Source: Octopus bimaculoides (Eukaryota). Taken from it: DNA of 36,361 nt. This document shows positions 14,099-24,329 of this stretch, in pieces. The position numbers and the translations under genes are program-made. The first letter of the stretch is position 1. Each line of letters begins with the position of its first letter. The stretch lies in the NCBI RefSeq assembly GCF_001194135.2, contig NC_068987.1, forward strand, positions 67,152,841-67,189,201. The letters run 5' to 3'. Below the pieces are notes generated by a model. The model was not told the DNA's origin and searched no databases. It was given only the letters and a program-made list of their open reading frames with translations.

Positions 14099-14320
14099 AG
14101 TTTCCTAAGAGGCACGGTTTCCAGCCCTCTCGTTTCTTCTCTACAAAATTCCCGTCTCTCCGGATCTTTTTCATCTATAAATTCTTTCCTTTCTCCTCAT
14201 ATATTTTCATTCTTTCTATTTTTTACCCTTTNNNNNNNNNNNNNNNNNNNNNNNNNNNNNNNNNNNNNNNNNNNNNNNNNNNNNNNNNNNNNNNNNNNNN
14301 NNNNNNNNNNNNNNNNNNNN

Positions 14321-14380
<60 letters not shown>

Positions 14381-15196
14381 CTCTTTTTCTTCTACCTTTA
14401 TATTCCCCCACCCCTCAATCCTCCAATGTATTTCGTCTCTCGTTCTGTCTTAACCTATTAGTTTGTGAATGTCCTGTTTGTCAGTGATTTTTTACGTTGG
14501 TTTTCTCTTCTCACGTTTATTTCAACATATTCTCTCCTTTGATTCCTCTTTCATTTACTCCTACACTCATTCTTTTTCTCTTACTTTTATTTCATTCATT
14601 CACATCATCTTTCTCCCCATTCGCTATCTCTTATTTCATATTTGGCTTTATATTTCTCTTCTACTCGTTTCTTTTATTCGTACGTATGTTTCCACTACCT
14701 CTCAATCATCGCAAATACTTTTATTCATTCATAATTTGAGATGCTGACCAAAAACTTATGCGGAACAAAAATCTGCCATGCACAGATTCTTTTCAAGAAA
14801 GAAAGACGAGATCAAATAACGCAAAACAGGACCCCCCCCCCCAAAAAAAAAAAAAAACAAACACAGAAGAAACAAAATGAAGCAAAACAAAACAAACAAC
14901 TTAACACCAATCACTTTTTGTTCCGCACACTAGAAAATAAATAAATATATAAATAAATAAATCGAGAAGTTCTGGTGACTGTCTTAAAACTACACACTAC
15001 CACAAAGAAAGGCATTATGTACGGTAAAATATTATATATGTCTGTCTGTCCGTCTGTATGTGTGTATGTGTGAATGTATGTATGTAGATATGTGTATGTG
15101 TGTTTATGTATTTGTATATATATATATATGTGTTTCTATGTGTGTGTATATACGCACATATAAATGTACATGTACATATGTATAAATGAAAGTATG

Positions 15197-15227
<31 letters not shown>

Positions 15228-15872
15228 NNNNNNNNNNNNNNNNNNNNNNNNNNNNNNNNNNNNNNNNNNNNNNNNNNNNNNNNNNNNNNNNNNNNNNNNN
15301 NNNNNNNNNNNNNNNNNNNNNNNNNNNNNNNNNNNNNNNNNNNNNNNNNNNNNNNNNNNNNNNNNNNNNNNNNNNNNNNNNNNNNNNNNNNNNNNNNNNN
15401 NNNNNNNNNNNNNNNNNNNNNNNNNNNNNNNNNNNNNNNNNNNNNNNNNNNNNNNNNNNNNNNNNNNNNNNNNNNNNNNNNNNNNNNNNNNNNNNNNNNN
15501 NNNNNNNNNNNNNNNNNNNNNNNNNNNNNNNNNNNNNNNNNNNNNNNNNNNNNNNNNNNNNNNNNNNNNNNNNNNNNNNNNNNNNNNNNNNNNNNNNNNN
15601 NNNNNNNNNNNNNNNNNNNNNNNNNNNNNNNNNNNNNNNNNNNNNNNNNNNNNNNNNNNNNNNNNNNNNNNNNNNNNNNNNNNNNNNNNNNNNNNNNNNN
15701 NNNNNNNNNNNNNNNNNNNNNNNNNNNNNNNNNNNNNNNNNNNNNNNNNNNNNNNNNNNNNNNNNNNNNNNNNNNNNNNNNNNNNNNNNNNNNNNNNNNN
15801 NNNNNNNNNNNNNNNNNNNNNNNNNNNNNNNNNNNNNNNNNNNTATATATATATATATATATATTATGTGTG

Positions 15873-15931
<59 letters not shown>

Positions 15932-16225
15932 ACACATACACATATGAGTTTGTTGCTGTATATGTAATGGAAGAAAATATAATCAGAATGGGAAATATAA
16001 CAACATATGCACAACTATAATAATTTCCTTGAAAATAGAGGGAAAATATTGAAGTTAATACAGAAAAGAAAGAGTTGATGAAATATAAAAGAAAGTTCAG
16101 GAAAGAGAAGAAGGGTTGGGTGGGAAGAAGACAAGTTAAACATGAAAATAATTTTCTTTTACATATAGAAAACCGTTAAGTAAGATTGGAATATAGAGAA
16201 AAGAAAAAGATATGAATATAATTGA

Positions 16226-16292
<67 letters not shown>

Positions 16293-16399
16293 NNNNNNNN
16301 NNNNNNNNNNNNNNNNNNNNNNNNNNNNNNNNNNNNNNNNNNNNNNNNNNNNNNNNNNNNNNNNNNNNNNNNNNNNNNNNNNNNNNNNNNNNNNNNNNN

Positions 16400-16438
<39 letters not shown>

Positions 16439-16682
16439 TCAAAACAAATAGAGAGAATAGGTAGATTGATCGTGATATAGACGAAATGGGTATACATGTA
16501 TACATTTATACGGTTGTATTAATTTATAAGTGTTTTGAAATGCTATTTAGAAGCAACAAACGTTTCCTGAACAAAGAACTCAATACACGAAAATGAGTTA
16601 AATATGACGTTACTTCAAAATTTCACTGAAACTGTCTCTCAGTTGGACTGGAAGAACGGAAAATAGTTGTATATTTAGAAAT

Positions 16683-16780
16683 AGGTGCAGGCGTGGTAGT
16701 GTGATTGCTTCCCAACCACATGGTTCCGGGTTCAGTCCCACTGCGTGGCACCTTGGGCAAGTGTCTTCTACTATAGCCTT
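16683..16780 (+). mobile_element. Family A SINE head, 3' truncated
   Basis: ttgcttcccaaccacatggttccgggttcagtcccactgcgtggcaccttgggcaagtgtcttctactatagcc. Confidence 0.85.
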
Positions 16781-16984
16781 AAGCTATAGCTATAAGGTAT
16801 GTGGATGGAAGCAAATAGAAATGATCAGAGAAAGGTTGTGTACGATATATGACATAGAGAAGGAAACACAGTAAGACGAGAACTTAAAACTGATGAAGTG
16901 TTCGTTCATTGACTACATGATATATGTGTAAGAATGATGGTAGAATCATTGGAGTGTCGAAGAAAACGCTTTTCGATATTTCTT

Positions 16985-17140
16985 CCGACGCTTTACTGTT
17001 CGAGCTCAAATCCATTTGAGGTTAACTTTGCCTTTCATCTTTCCTGTGTCGATAAAATAAAATGTCTGTTATTGAGGTTGATGGTATCGGCTTATACGAA
17101 TTCTTTACGCTTTCGGTTCTCGGGCCTAAATTAGAAACCT
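16985..17140 (+). mobile_element. Old, degenerate family B SINE
   Basis: gagctcaaatcc..aactttgcctttcatctttcctgtgtcgataaaa matches the family B body. Confidence 0.6.
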
Positions 17141-17204
17141 TTATTATACATATTTTTGTAACAATTAAAAACATGAAAAATAGATCCCTAAAAGCACAAC
17201 TGTT

Positions 17205-17336
17205 GGTGTGCTGTTAACAAGGTCTTGGGTTCAGTCTCAGTGCGCAGCATTTTAGGCGAGTGTCTTCTGCTGTAGCCTCGGCCCGATCAAAGCCTTGTAA
17301 GTGGATTTGGTAGACGGAAACTGAAAGAAGCCCGCC

Positions 17337-17372
<36 letters not shown>

Positions 17373-17765
17373 TTTTGTGTGTGTGTATGCATGTGAATAT
17401 GTTTCTTCCCCACCGCCACATTGTTTTACTTAGATCCCCTGTAACTTAGCAGTTTTACAAAAGAGATCCAATAGAATAAGTAACAGGCTTAAGGTGGTGA
17501 GCTGGCAGAATCGTTAAGACGCCGGGCGAAATGCTTAGCGATATTTCGTCTGTCTTTACGTTCTGAGTTCAAATTCCGCCGGAGGTCGACTTTGCCTTTC
17601 ATCCTTTCGGAGTTGATATACTAAGTACCAGTTGCGTACTGGTTCGATGTAATCGACTGGTCCTCCCCCTCCACAAAAATTTCGGGCCTTGTGCCTAAAG
17701 TAGAAAAGAATAAGTATCAGGCTTTAAAAGACGTACTGTGCTCGATTTATTTGCAGTGCCCCAGC
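17205..17765 (+). mobile_element. Family A SINE interrupted by a nested family B SINE (17493-17706) with a ~20-bp TSD
   Basis: Family A head at 17205-17340 and tail from 17400. Family B has tggcagaatcg (A box) and gagttcaaattcc (B box). Direct repeats agaataagtaacaggcttaa (17473-17492) and agaataagtatcaggctttaa (17707-17727). Confidence 0.8.
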
Positions 17766-17889
17766 AATGAATGAAGCAAGAAAAGGATAAATATAAAACT
17801 CTATAAAGGCTAAACAAGGCTGCGCTAGTGGATTATGCAAATGATAAAGTTAGACCAAGAACGTGTGGCTTTATTGCTTCCAGTTGATC

Positions 17890-18020
17890 GTTCTGATTTC
17901 AAATTACGCCGACGTTGACTTTTCTTTTCATCCTTCGGTATCAATAAAATAAATACTAGTTGAGTGCTGGGTCTTTGTAATCGACTACCCCCCGCCTTAT
18001 GCCTGCATTAGAAAACATTA
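17890..18020 (+). mobile_element. Degenerate family B SINE
   Basis: ttctgatttcaaattacgccgacgttgacttttcttttcatccttcgg..tagttgagtgctgggtc..gtaatcgactac. Confidence 0.65.
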
Positions 18021-18441
18021 TTTGCAGTTGATCTATGTAGGAAAATTTCTACAAAATCTTAATTTAGTAAAGAACGAAGTGCAATTTGTTCTTTACATAT
18101 GAATAATCAAAAATATTTTTAAAGTTAGAGTATTAAGAGATGGGAAAATATGCCTAATCTCACGGTCTATGATAAATGAAGTAAACAGTTGGCTTTATGA
18201 CAATAACAAAATTATAAAGAATTTTTAAAGATGCGCTGTCTATTTTAGAAAAAAACAATGAGAATCAAACTAATTAGACGAGAAGAGATGAATAGTATAT
18301 CAAAAAATATTTTTCCTTTAATTATAGAAAATTTTGAATAAAAACAAGAAATGAACAAAAGACAGAATGGCAGGATTAATCTAATTAGTTAGTAAGCGAT
18401 GCTATATAAATTAAAAAAAGATTATAGATGGTAATTAACCC

Positions 18442-18800
18442 TTTTACATGTTTCAGTCATTGGACTGCAGCCATGATGGAGCACCGACTTGAAGGGTTTA
18501 GTCGAAGAAATTGACCTCAATACTTATTCTACCTATCTCTTTTACTAAAGCACTCAGTTATGTGGACGTAAACAATCTAGCATTAATTGTCAAGCGCTAT
18601 GAGGGCAAACTCAAAGACACGCACGGACACACACCTTCACATACACATACACAACGGGCTTCCTCACAGTTTCCGTCGCCTTTATTCACTTACAAGTCAT
18701 AGGCCGGCTCGGGTCTATAGAAGAAGACATTTTCCCAAGCATCCCAATGGAATTGAATTCAAAGCCACATGGATGCGAAGAGGAATTCTTAATTACATAG
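18442..18800 (-). mobile_element. Diverged near-full-length family A SINE, reverse orientation
   Basis: Reverse complements of the tail, internal (CA)n and head occur in the expected order. Confidence 0.75.
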
Positions 18801-19396
18801 TGATTCCTGTTTCAATAATCTTACGAAAATTAACAAAGATTAAAATATTCTGAGCTATGTAAATTACAGCTACCTCTAAATATCGAAGGACATAAAAAGA
18901 ATTTTAAACCTTTAGTTACTTTTAAAATTATACAATACAAACAAGTATTAAATTTTAAAACGTTCAAAATATGATANNNNNNNNNNNNNNNNNNNNNNNN
19001 NNNNNNNNNNNNNNNNNNNNNNNNNNNNNNNNNNNNNNNNNNNNNNNNNNNNNNNNNNNNNNNNNNNNNNNNNNNNNNNNNNNNNNNNNNNNNNNNNNNN
19101 NNNNNNNNNNNNNNNNNNNNNNNNNNNNNNNNNNNNNNNNNNNNNNNNNNNNNNNNNNNNNNNNNNNNNNNNNNNNNNNNNNNNNNNNNNNNNNNNNNNN
19201 NNNNNNNNNNNNNNNNNNNNNNNNNNNNNNNNNNNNNNNNNNNNNNNNNNNNNNNNNNNNNNNNNNNNNNNNNNNNNNNNNNNNNNNNNNNNNNNNNNNN
19301 NNNNNNNNNNNNNNNNNNNNNNNNNNNNTTTCCAATTTTGATTAAGAAAATTATAAGGAAGGCTTGAAAAGAAAATGTGATTGGAATACAAATATT

Positions 19397-19610
19397 CTTT
19401 TCTACTCTAGGCACAAGGCCCAAAACTTTTGGGGAGAGGGCCAGTCGATTAGACCAACTCCAGTACGCAACTGGTACTTAATTTATCGATCTCGAAAGGA
19501 TGAAAAGCAAAGTCATCTTCGGCGGAATTTGAACTCAGAACGTAGCGGCAGACGAAATACCACGAAGCATTTCGCCCGGCGTGCTAATGTTTCTGCCAGC
19601 TCGCCGCCTT
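19397..19610 (-). mobile_element. Family B tRNA SINE, full length, reverse orientation
   Basis: Reverse complement of 17493-17706 and 34346-34557. Confidence 0.9.
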
Positions 19611-19924
19611 TGGAATACAAATGTTATAACATTCGCAGAGAATGTGAAACGCACAAACTTTAGTGTGATTCTGTTTCTTGATATCGCTGTAGAATATTTT
19701 TACCAGCAACTGAATATAGTACAGTGAATTAGTTCTATGTGTACAGATAATCTGGGGCAGCTTATCAGCGATGAATAACACGAATGGTTTATAGTAAAGA
19801 TATTAAATATTAAGTTATAGAATGTCAATTCCGTGCTGTATAGATATCTCATGAAAGTTAAGAGACTTTAATAAAATAATTCATAGGAGTATTTATAGTA
19901 TAAGTGATCACAATGCATCTGAGA

Positions 19925-20260
19925 AGATGGAGGAAGATTTTGAATATCAGGAAGTGTGTAAAGTGGGTACCTCAGGAGTTGACAACTTACTTCAAAGAGA
20001 GAAAGGTGGAAGTGGAGGCATTTGAAGCCAATATAGGGTACACACGATTTTTTCTCGATCTGTTGACAGGAAATGAAACTTGGGCGTATCTTATGACCTG
20101 GAAATGAAGTCGTAGTCTATGGAATGGCGCCACGTCTCTTCTCCAAGGTCTAAGTCCCACAGCTATTGATGGGCTAAGAAAGTTATGATGATCATTTTGG
20201 GAGAATGACAATGGAGGTCATTCTCCTTGAGTTTCTGCAACCTGGCTGTTCCGTGAAGGA
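19925..20260 (+). mobile_element. Mariner transposase fragment
   Basis: IRKCVKWVPQELT..LLTGNETWAY, then frameshifted SMEWRHVSSPR and KKVM..ILLEFLQPG. These are WVPxxL and TGDETW remnants. Confidence 0.75.
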
Positions 20261-20969
20261 GAAATGTAATTGTCACTAAATGTGACTTGGGTGTTAGGAA
20301 ACTACATTGTTAGAAATAAGAGCTAAAGCGGTCTAATTCTGTAGTTAACTCACATAAATGAAAACATATACACTAACAGGGACCTCATCAGTTAAGCTCA
20401 CTCGATTGTTCGGCTCATTCCGGATCTGCTTCGCTATCAGTATTTATGTTTTCGCCATCCAAATTATTCGTTAATGTGTATATATAAAATTAATATAAAC
20501 AGCATATTTATATATATGTATATACTGATATCACTGTCAAGCAAAAGATATTTTCATCAAGACTTTGCTCATTATTCGAATGATGAAATATAGACCGTGA
20601 TGCCACCAAAACACATTGGCTGATACACTGTTGCAGATAAGTACCGCAGCAAATGTATTGGTCATGGGAGATGGTCGTAAAGGTATGGTTACACTTCACC
20701 TTGATAGCAAAGGCGAAATGCTGCATAATACATGAAGTTCTGTAATTTACGTGTTCAATAATGAAGAATAATTTCGCCAAAATATATTGTTTTGTATATG
20801 AATAATTTCTCTTAGTTCAACGTAACTTCATTAAATAAAAAAAAATATTGCATCTAATATTGCTTTATTATATATGAATAATTTTTCAGTATATCTGAAA
20901 TACAATGCTTCGAAAGGACAATTTCTAATGTTTAAAAATATCCATGCATGCATGCTTGCATCCAAAATT

Positions 20970-21088
20970 CATCCATCCATCCATCCATCCATCCATCCAT
21001 CCATCCATCCACCCCTTCATCCATCCATCCATCCATCCATCCATCCATCCATCCATCCATCCATCCATCCATCCATCCATCCATCCAT
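20970..21088. repeat. (CATC)n microsatellite
   Basis: Directly visible. Confidence 0.95.
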
Positions 21089-21184
21089 CTGTGTGTACAT
21101 GTGTATGCATATATGTATATTAAAATGTATATGTATGAATATATATATATATGCAACAAAGTCACCACCTGCCAAATTCATCAG

Positions 21185-21216
<32 letters not shown>

Positions 21217-21277
21217 TATATATATAGTCACGAAAGTGACGGAAGTTGCTAGTCAGCAACAGCATTGCTAGAAATAA

Positions 21278-21343
21278 GAGTCGAGATAGAATCATATCAG
21301 CTGATTTCAGATTTGATTAATCTTCATCAGTGACCTATTACTC
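21278..21343 (-). ncRNA. Type I hammerhead ribozyme motif, intronic
   Basis: Minus strand reads GAGUAAUAGGUCA-CUGAUGA-AGAUU(AAUCA)AAUCU-GAA-AUCAGCUGAU-A-UGAUUCUAUCUCGACUC. Core CUGAUGA and GAAA are intact. Stem II is 5 bp; stem III is the palindrome AUCAGCUGAU; the cleavage triplet is AUA. Stem I pairs GUCA/UGAU, extended by AUAG/CUAU and GAGU/ACUC. Hand-folded only. Confidence 0.8.
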
Positions 21344-21372
21344 CGTCGCCGAGCTTTAAAAGCTCAACTCAC

Positions 21373-21460
21373 CTTGCCTCATCAGTAAGGACAGCCCTGA
21401 CTTCGGCAGATTCCGGACTTAATTCGGAAACAGTATATGTTTCCATCATATAGCGAATCG
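21373..21460 (-). CDS. Candidate internal coding exon (88 nt, phase 1 to 2): (T)IRYMMETYTVSELSPESAEVRAVLTDEAR
   Basis: Acceptor ttttatttatacacattag (AG at 21461-21462) and consensus donor AG|GTGAGT (21367-21372). Non-repetitive sequence with only one frame open across the exon. Joins in frame to 27561-27599. Confidence 0.6.
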
Positions 21461-21950
21461 CTAATGTGTATAAATAAAATTGATGCACGCACACCGATGA
21501 AAATGAGCACCTTTTCACAGATTCAGGTATGACGATTTTCAGCTGACAATTCAACAATGAACTTCGTCTAAGTATGCACAGGATCCAAGAATTTTCCTTT
21601 TTTTTTTATTTGCGTTACGGATTTTCACCATGTTATTTCCAGCACAGTTTTCCGAATGAACAACCTTATCTCCTACAACAATTTTTATCTACTCGAATAT
21701 TTTAATCACAACCACTTCTGTCTAGCTGTTTTTTTTTTTTACATTTCAAATGTTTATATTTCCTGCATTAAGTTGTTCTTATACCTCCGTCTTTGGTCAT
21801 TGTCATTTAAAACTATAACAATCCACAACATTTTTAATAAAAAACCTTTTGTAGCAAAGGCATCACCTAATAAATTCATCAGTATAATACTTTCTTCTAT
21901 AAGCACAATTCCTGAAAGCTTGAAGAAAGGGACTTGTTTTAGCCTTCTTA

Positions 21951-22065
21951 GGAGGATGAAAAGCAGAGTCAAACTCGGCGGAATTTGAACTCAGAAGCTA
22001 AAGACGGGCGAAATACCGCTAGGCATTTTGCCTGGCGTGCTAACGATTCTGCCAGCTCACCGCCT
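21951..22065 (-). mobile_element. Family B SINE 5' half, reverse orientation
   Basis: ggcggaatttgaactcagaa..ctaacgattctgccagctcaccgcct. Confidence 0.85.
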
Positions 22066-22388
22066 GTATAATAATCCTTAAAAAAAAAAAAAAAGAAAAG
22101 GCATTTACACTTGTATGAGTTGCCACAGTTTACAGATCCATTAGAAATGTTTAGCTTTGCAAGAGAGACAATCATTTATAGATATAAATTACCTATTTAT
22201 ATTTGCAAGAAGTAAGGATGTGAGGGTGGGGCGGGAAAAGAAAAGTAAGTTGCACAAATATTTTAGACTGGCTCTCTTTAAACCCAGACGGGACAAATCT
22301 ATTTAGAAAAGATCTAACATAAGATTTTTACATTCATATCCCAGCTATATATGTGTATGTGCATGCGTGCGCGCGTATATGTATGTGC

Positions 22389-22456
<68 letters not shown>

Positions 22457-22464
22457 GAGAATTC

Positions 22465-22652
22465 AAGCAAAAACAACAGATGAAGACAGGTGGTGTAAAC
22501 AACAAATGGATGTATTAGTATAACGCTCGGGAATAGAGAAAGTCTTTAACGTTTCGAGCCTACGCTCTTCAACAGAAAGGAATACAGAAAGGAATAAAGA
22601 GAGAAACAAGGAGAGAAAAAAATATGTGTAGTGGTCAGCGATCTATCATCGC
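22465..22652 (-). mobile_element. Penelope-like terminal (pLTR) remnant with variant minimal hammerhead motif, copy 2
   Basis: Minus strand CTTT-CTGTTGA-AGAGC(GTAG)GCTC-GAA-ACGT-T-AAAG at 22544-22579. Inserted within a TA microsatellite. Confidence 0.6.
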
Positions 22653-23216
22653 GAAAATGTGTATATATATATATGTGTGTGTATATATATATATATATAT
22701 ATACACATACAAACATATACACATACGTATATATATATATATACACACACATACACACACATATTGTTGGATACCTTTTGACTACTCATGAGCTCTTTCA
22801 TCCTTTGACAGATCCTAATTTTCGTTCTGCAATTGTACAATTCGTCCTGCGATTGTGTCCAAGCAAGTTTGATGGGGTTGCCAGTTTAGTCGCCGATGAC
22901 CCAACCACGCAACTGGGTTACATGTTTCGGTAGCGCTCAGGAAAGACCTGGCACATATGTACATGTGTCTGTATGCATATATATATGAGTGGGGACGTGG
23001 AAATACACGGGTTGGTGTTCATGCGCGCGGTCGGCCCACTGGGAGTGGGAGGCCCCTCTTTTGTTGTCACAGCATCTCTCTAGGAGAGGGAAACAGAGAA
23101 AATCTACGACACTGACATTATTTGATGATGTTGACTAGTTTCGTTTGTGTTTATATTGTCCATGTTCAGAGATTGGGATTGGATTTATGCAACTCTCTTC
23201 CCCACTATAAAAAGTC

Positions 23217-23260
<44 letters not shown>

Positions 23261-24329
23261 NNNNNNNNNNNNNNNNNNNNNNNNNNNNNNNNNNNNNNNN
23301 NNNNNNNNNNNNNNNNNNNNNNNNNNNNNNNNNNNNNNNNNNNNNNNNNNNNNNNNNNNNNNNNNNNNNNNNNNNNNNNNNNNNNNNNNNNNNNNNNNNN
23401 NNNNNNNNNNNNNNNNNNNNNNNNNNNNNNNNNNNNNNNNNNNNNNNNNNNNNNNNNNNNNNNNNNNNNNNNNNNNNNNNNNNNNNNNNNNNNNNNNNNN
23501 NNNNNNNNNNNNNNNNNNNNNNNNNNNNNNNNNNNNNNNNNNNNNNNNNNNNNNNNNNNNNNNNNNNNNNNNNNNNNNNNNNNNNNNNNNNNNNNNNNNN
23601 NNNNNNNNNNNNNNNNNNNNNNNNNNNNNNNNNNNNNNNNNNNNNNNNNNNNNNNNNNNNNNNNNNNNNNNNNNNNNNNNNNNNNNNNNNNNNNNNNNNN
23701 NNNNNNNNNNNNNNNNNNNNNNNNNNNNNNNNNNNNNNNNNNNNNNNNNNNNNNNNNNNNNNNNNNNNNNNNNNNNNNNNNNNNNNNNNNNNNNNNNNNN
23801 NNNNNNNNNNNNNNNNNNNNNNNNNNNNNNNNNNNNNNNNNNNNNNNNNNNNNNNNNNNNNNNNNNNNNNNNNNNNNNNNNNNNNNNNNNNNNNNNNNNN
23901 NNNNNNNNNNNNNNNNNNNNNNNNNNNNNNNNNNNNNNNNNNNNNNNNNNNNNNNNNNNNNNNNNNNNNNNNNTATATATATATATATATATATATATGT
24001 ACGCACATACACACACCCCAACCTTAACCCTAACACACACATCTATATATAAATCCCAGGTATATCATTTTGCTGTTTGTTCAATGTTCAATTCATTTTT
24101 CCCTCATTTGTAATATTTAATTTTGATAATTGCTATTTCTTGTCAATTACTATTGATTTTGTTTCCTTTATATTCATTTCCGTTCCATAGAACATTCCTT
24201 TGTCACTTACTGCAAATTACAAGATTTCTGGAGGTCATCTGTGTTGAATGTTAATAGGGCAGTATCATCTACATTTCTATCGCTGCTGCTGTTGATGACG
24301 ACAACTTATTGACGCTCTTGGCATGTCTT

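Noticed and set aside
14759-14927. 13-bp inverted repeat TGCGGAACAAAAA as MITE ends
   Set aside because: A-rich, no clear TSD, and chance occurrence is plausible in a window this size.
16880-16930. CTGATGA-AGTG..CATT-GAC hammerhead-like string
   Set aside because: GAC instead of GAAA and no stem I.
20500-20830. Unique-looking segment with a 90-aa minus ORF
   Set aside because: No recognisable motif and only weak splice sites; probably an old TE remnant.
21771-21920. Minus ORF GIVLIEESIILMNLLGDAF.. with a good acceptor
   Set aside because: Would end in phase 2, incompatible with the 88-nt exon that follows; AT-rich composition suggests a chance ORF or TE remnant.
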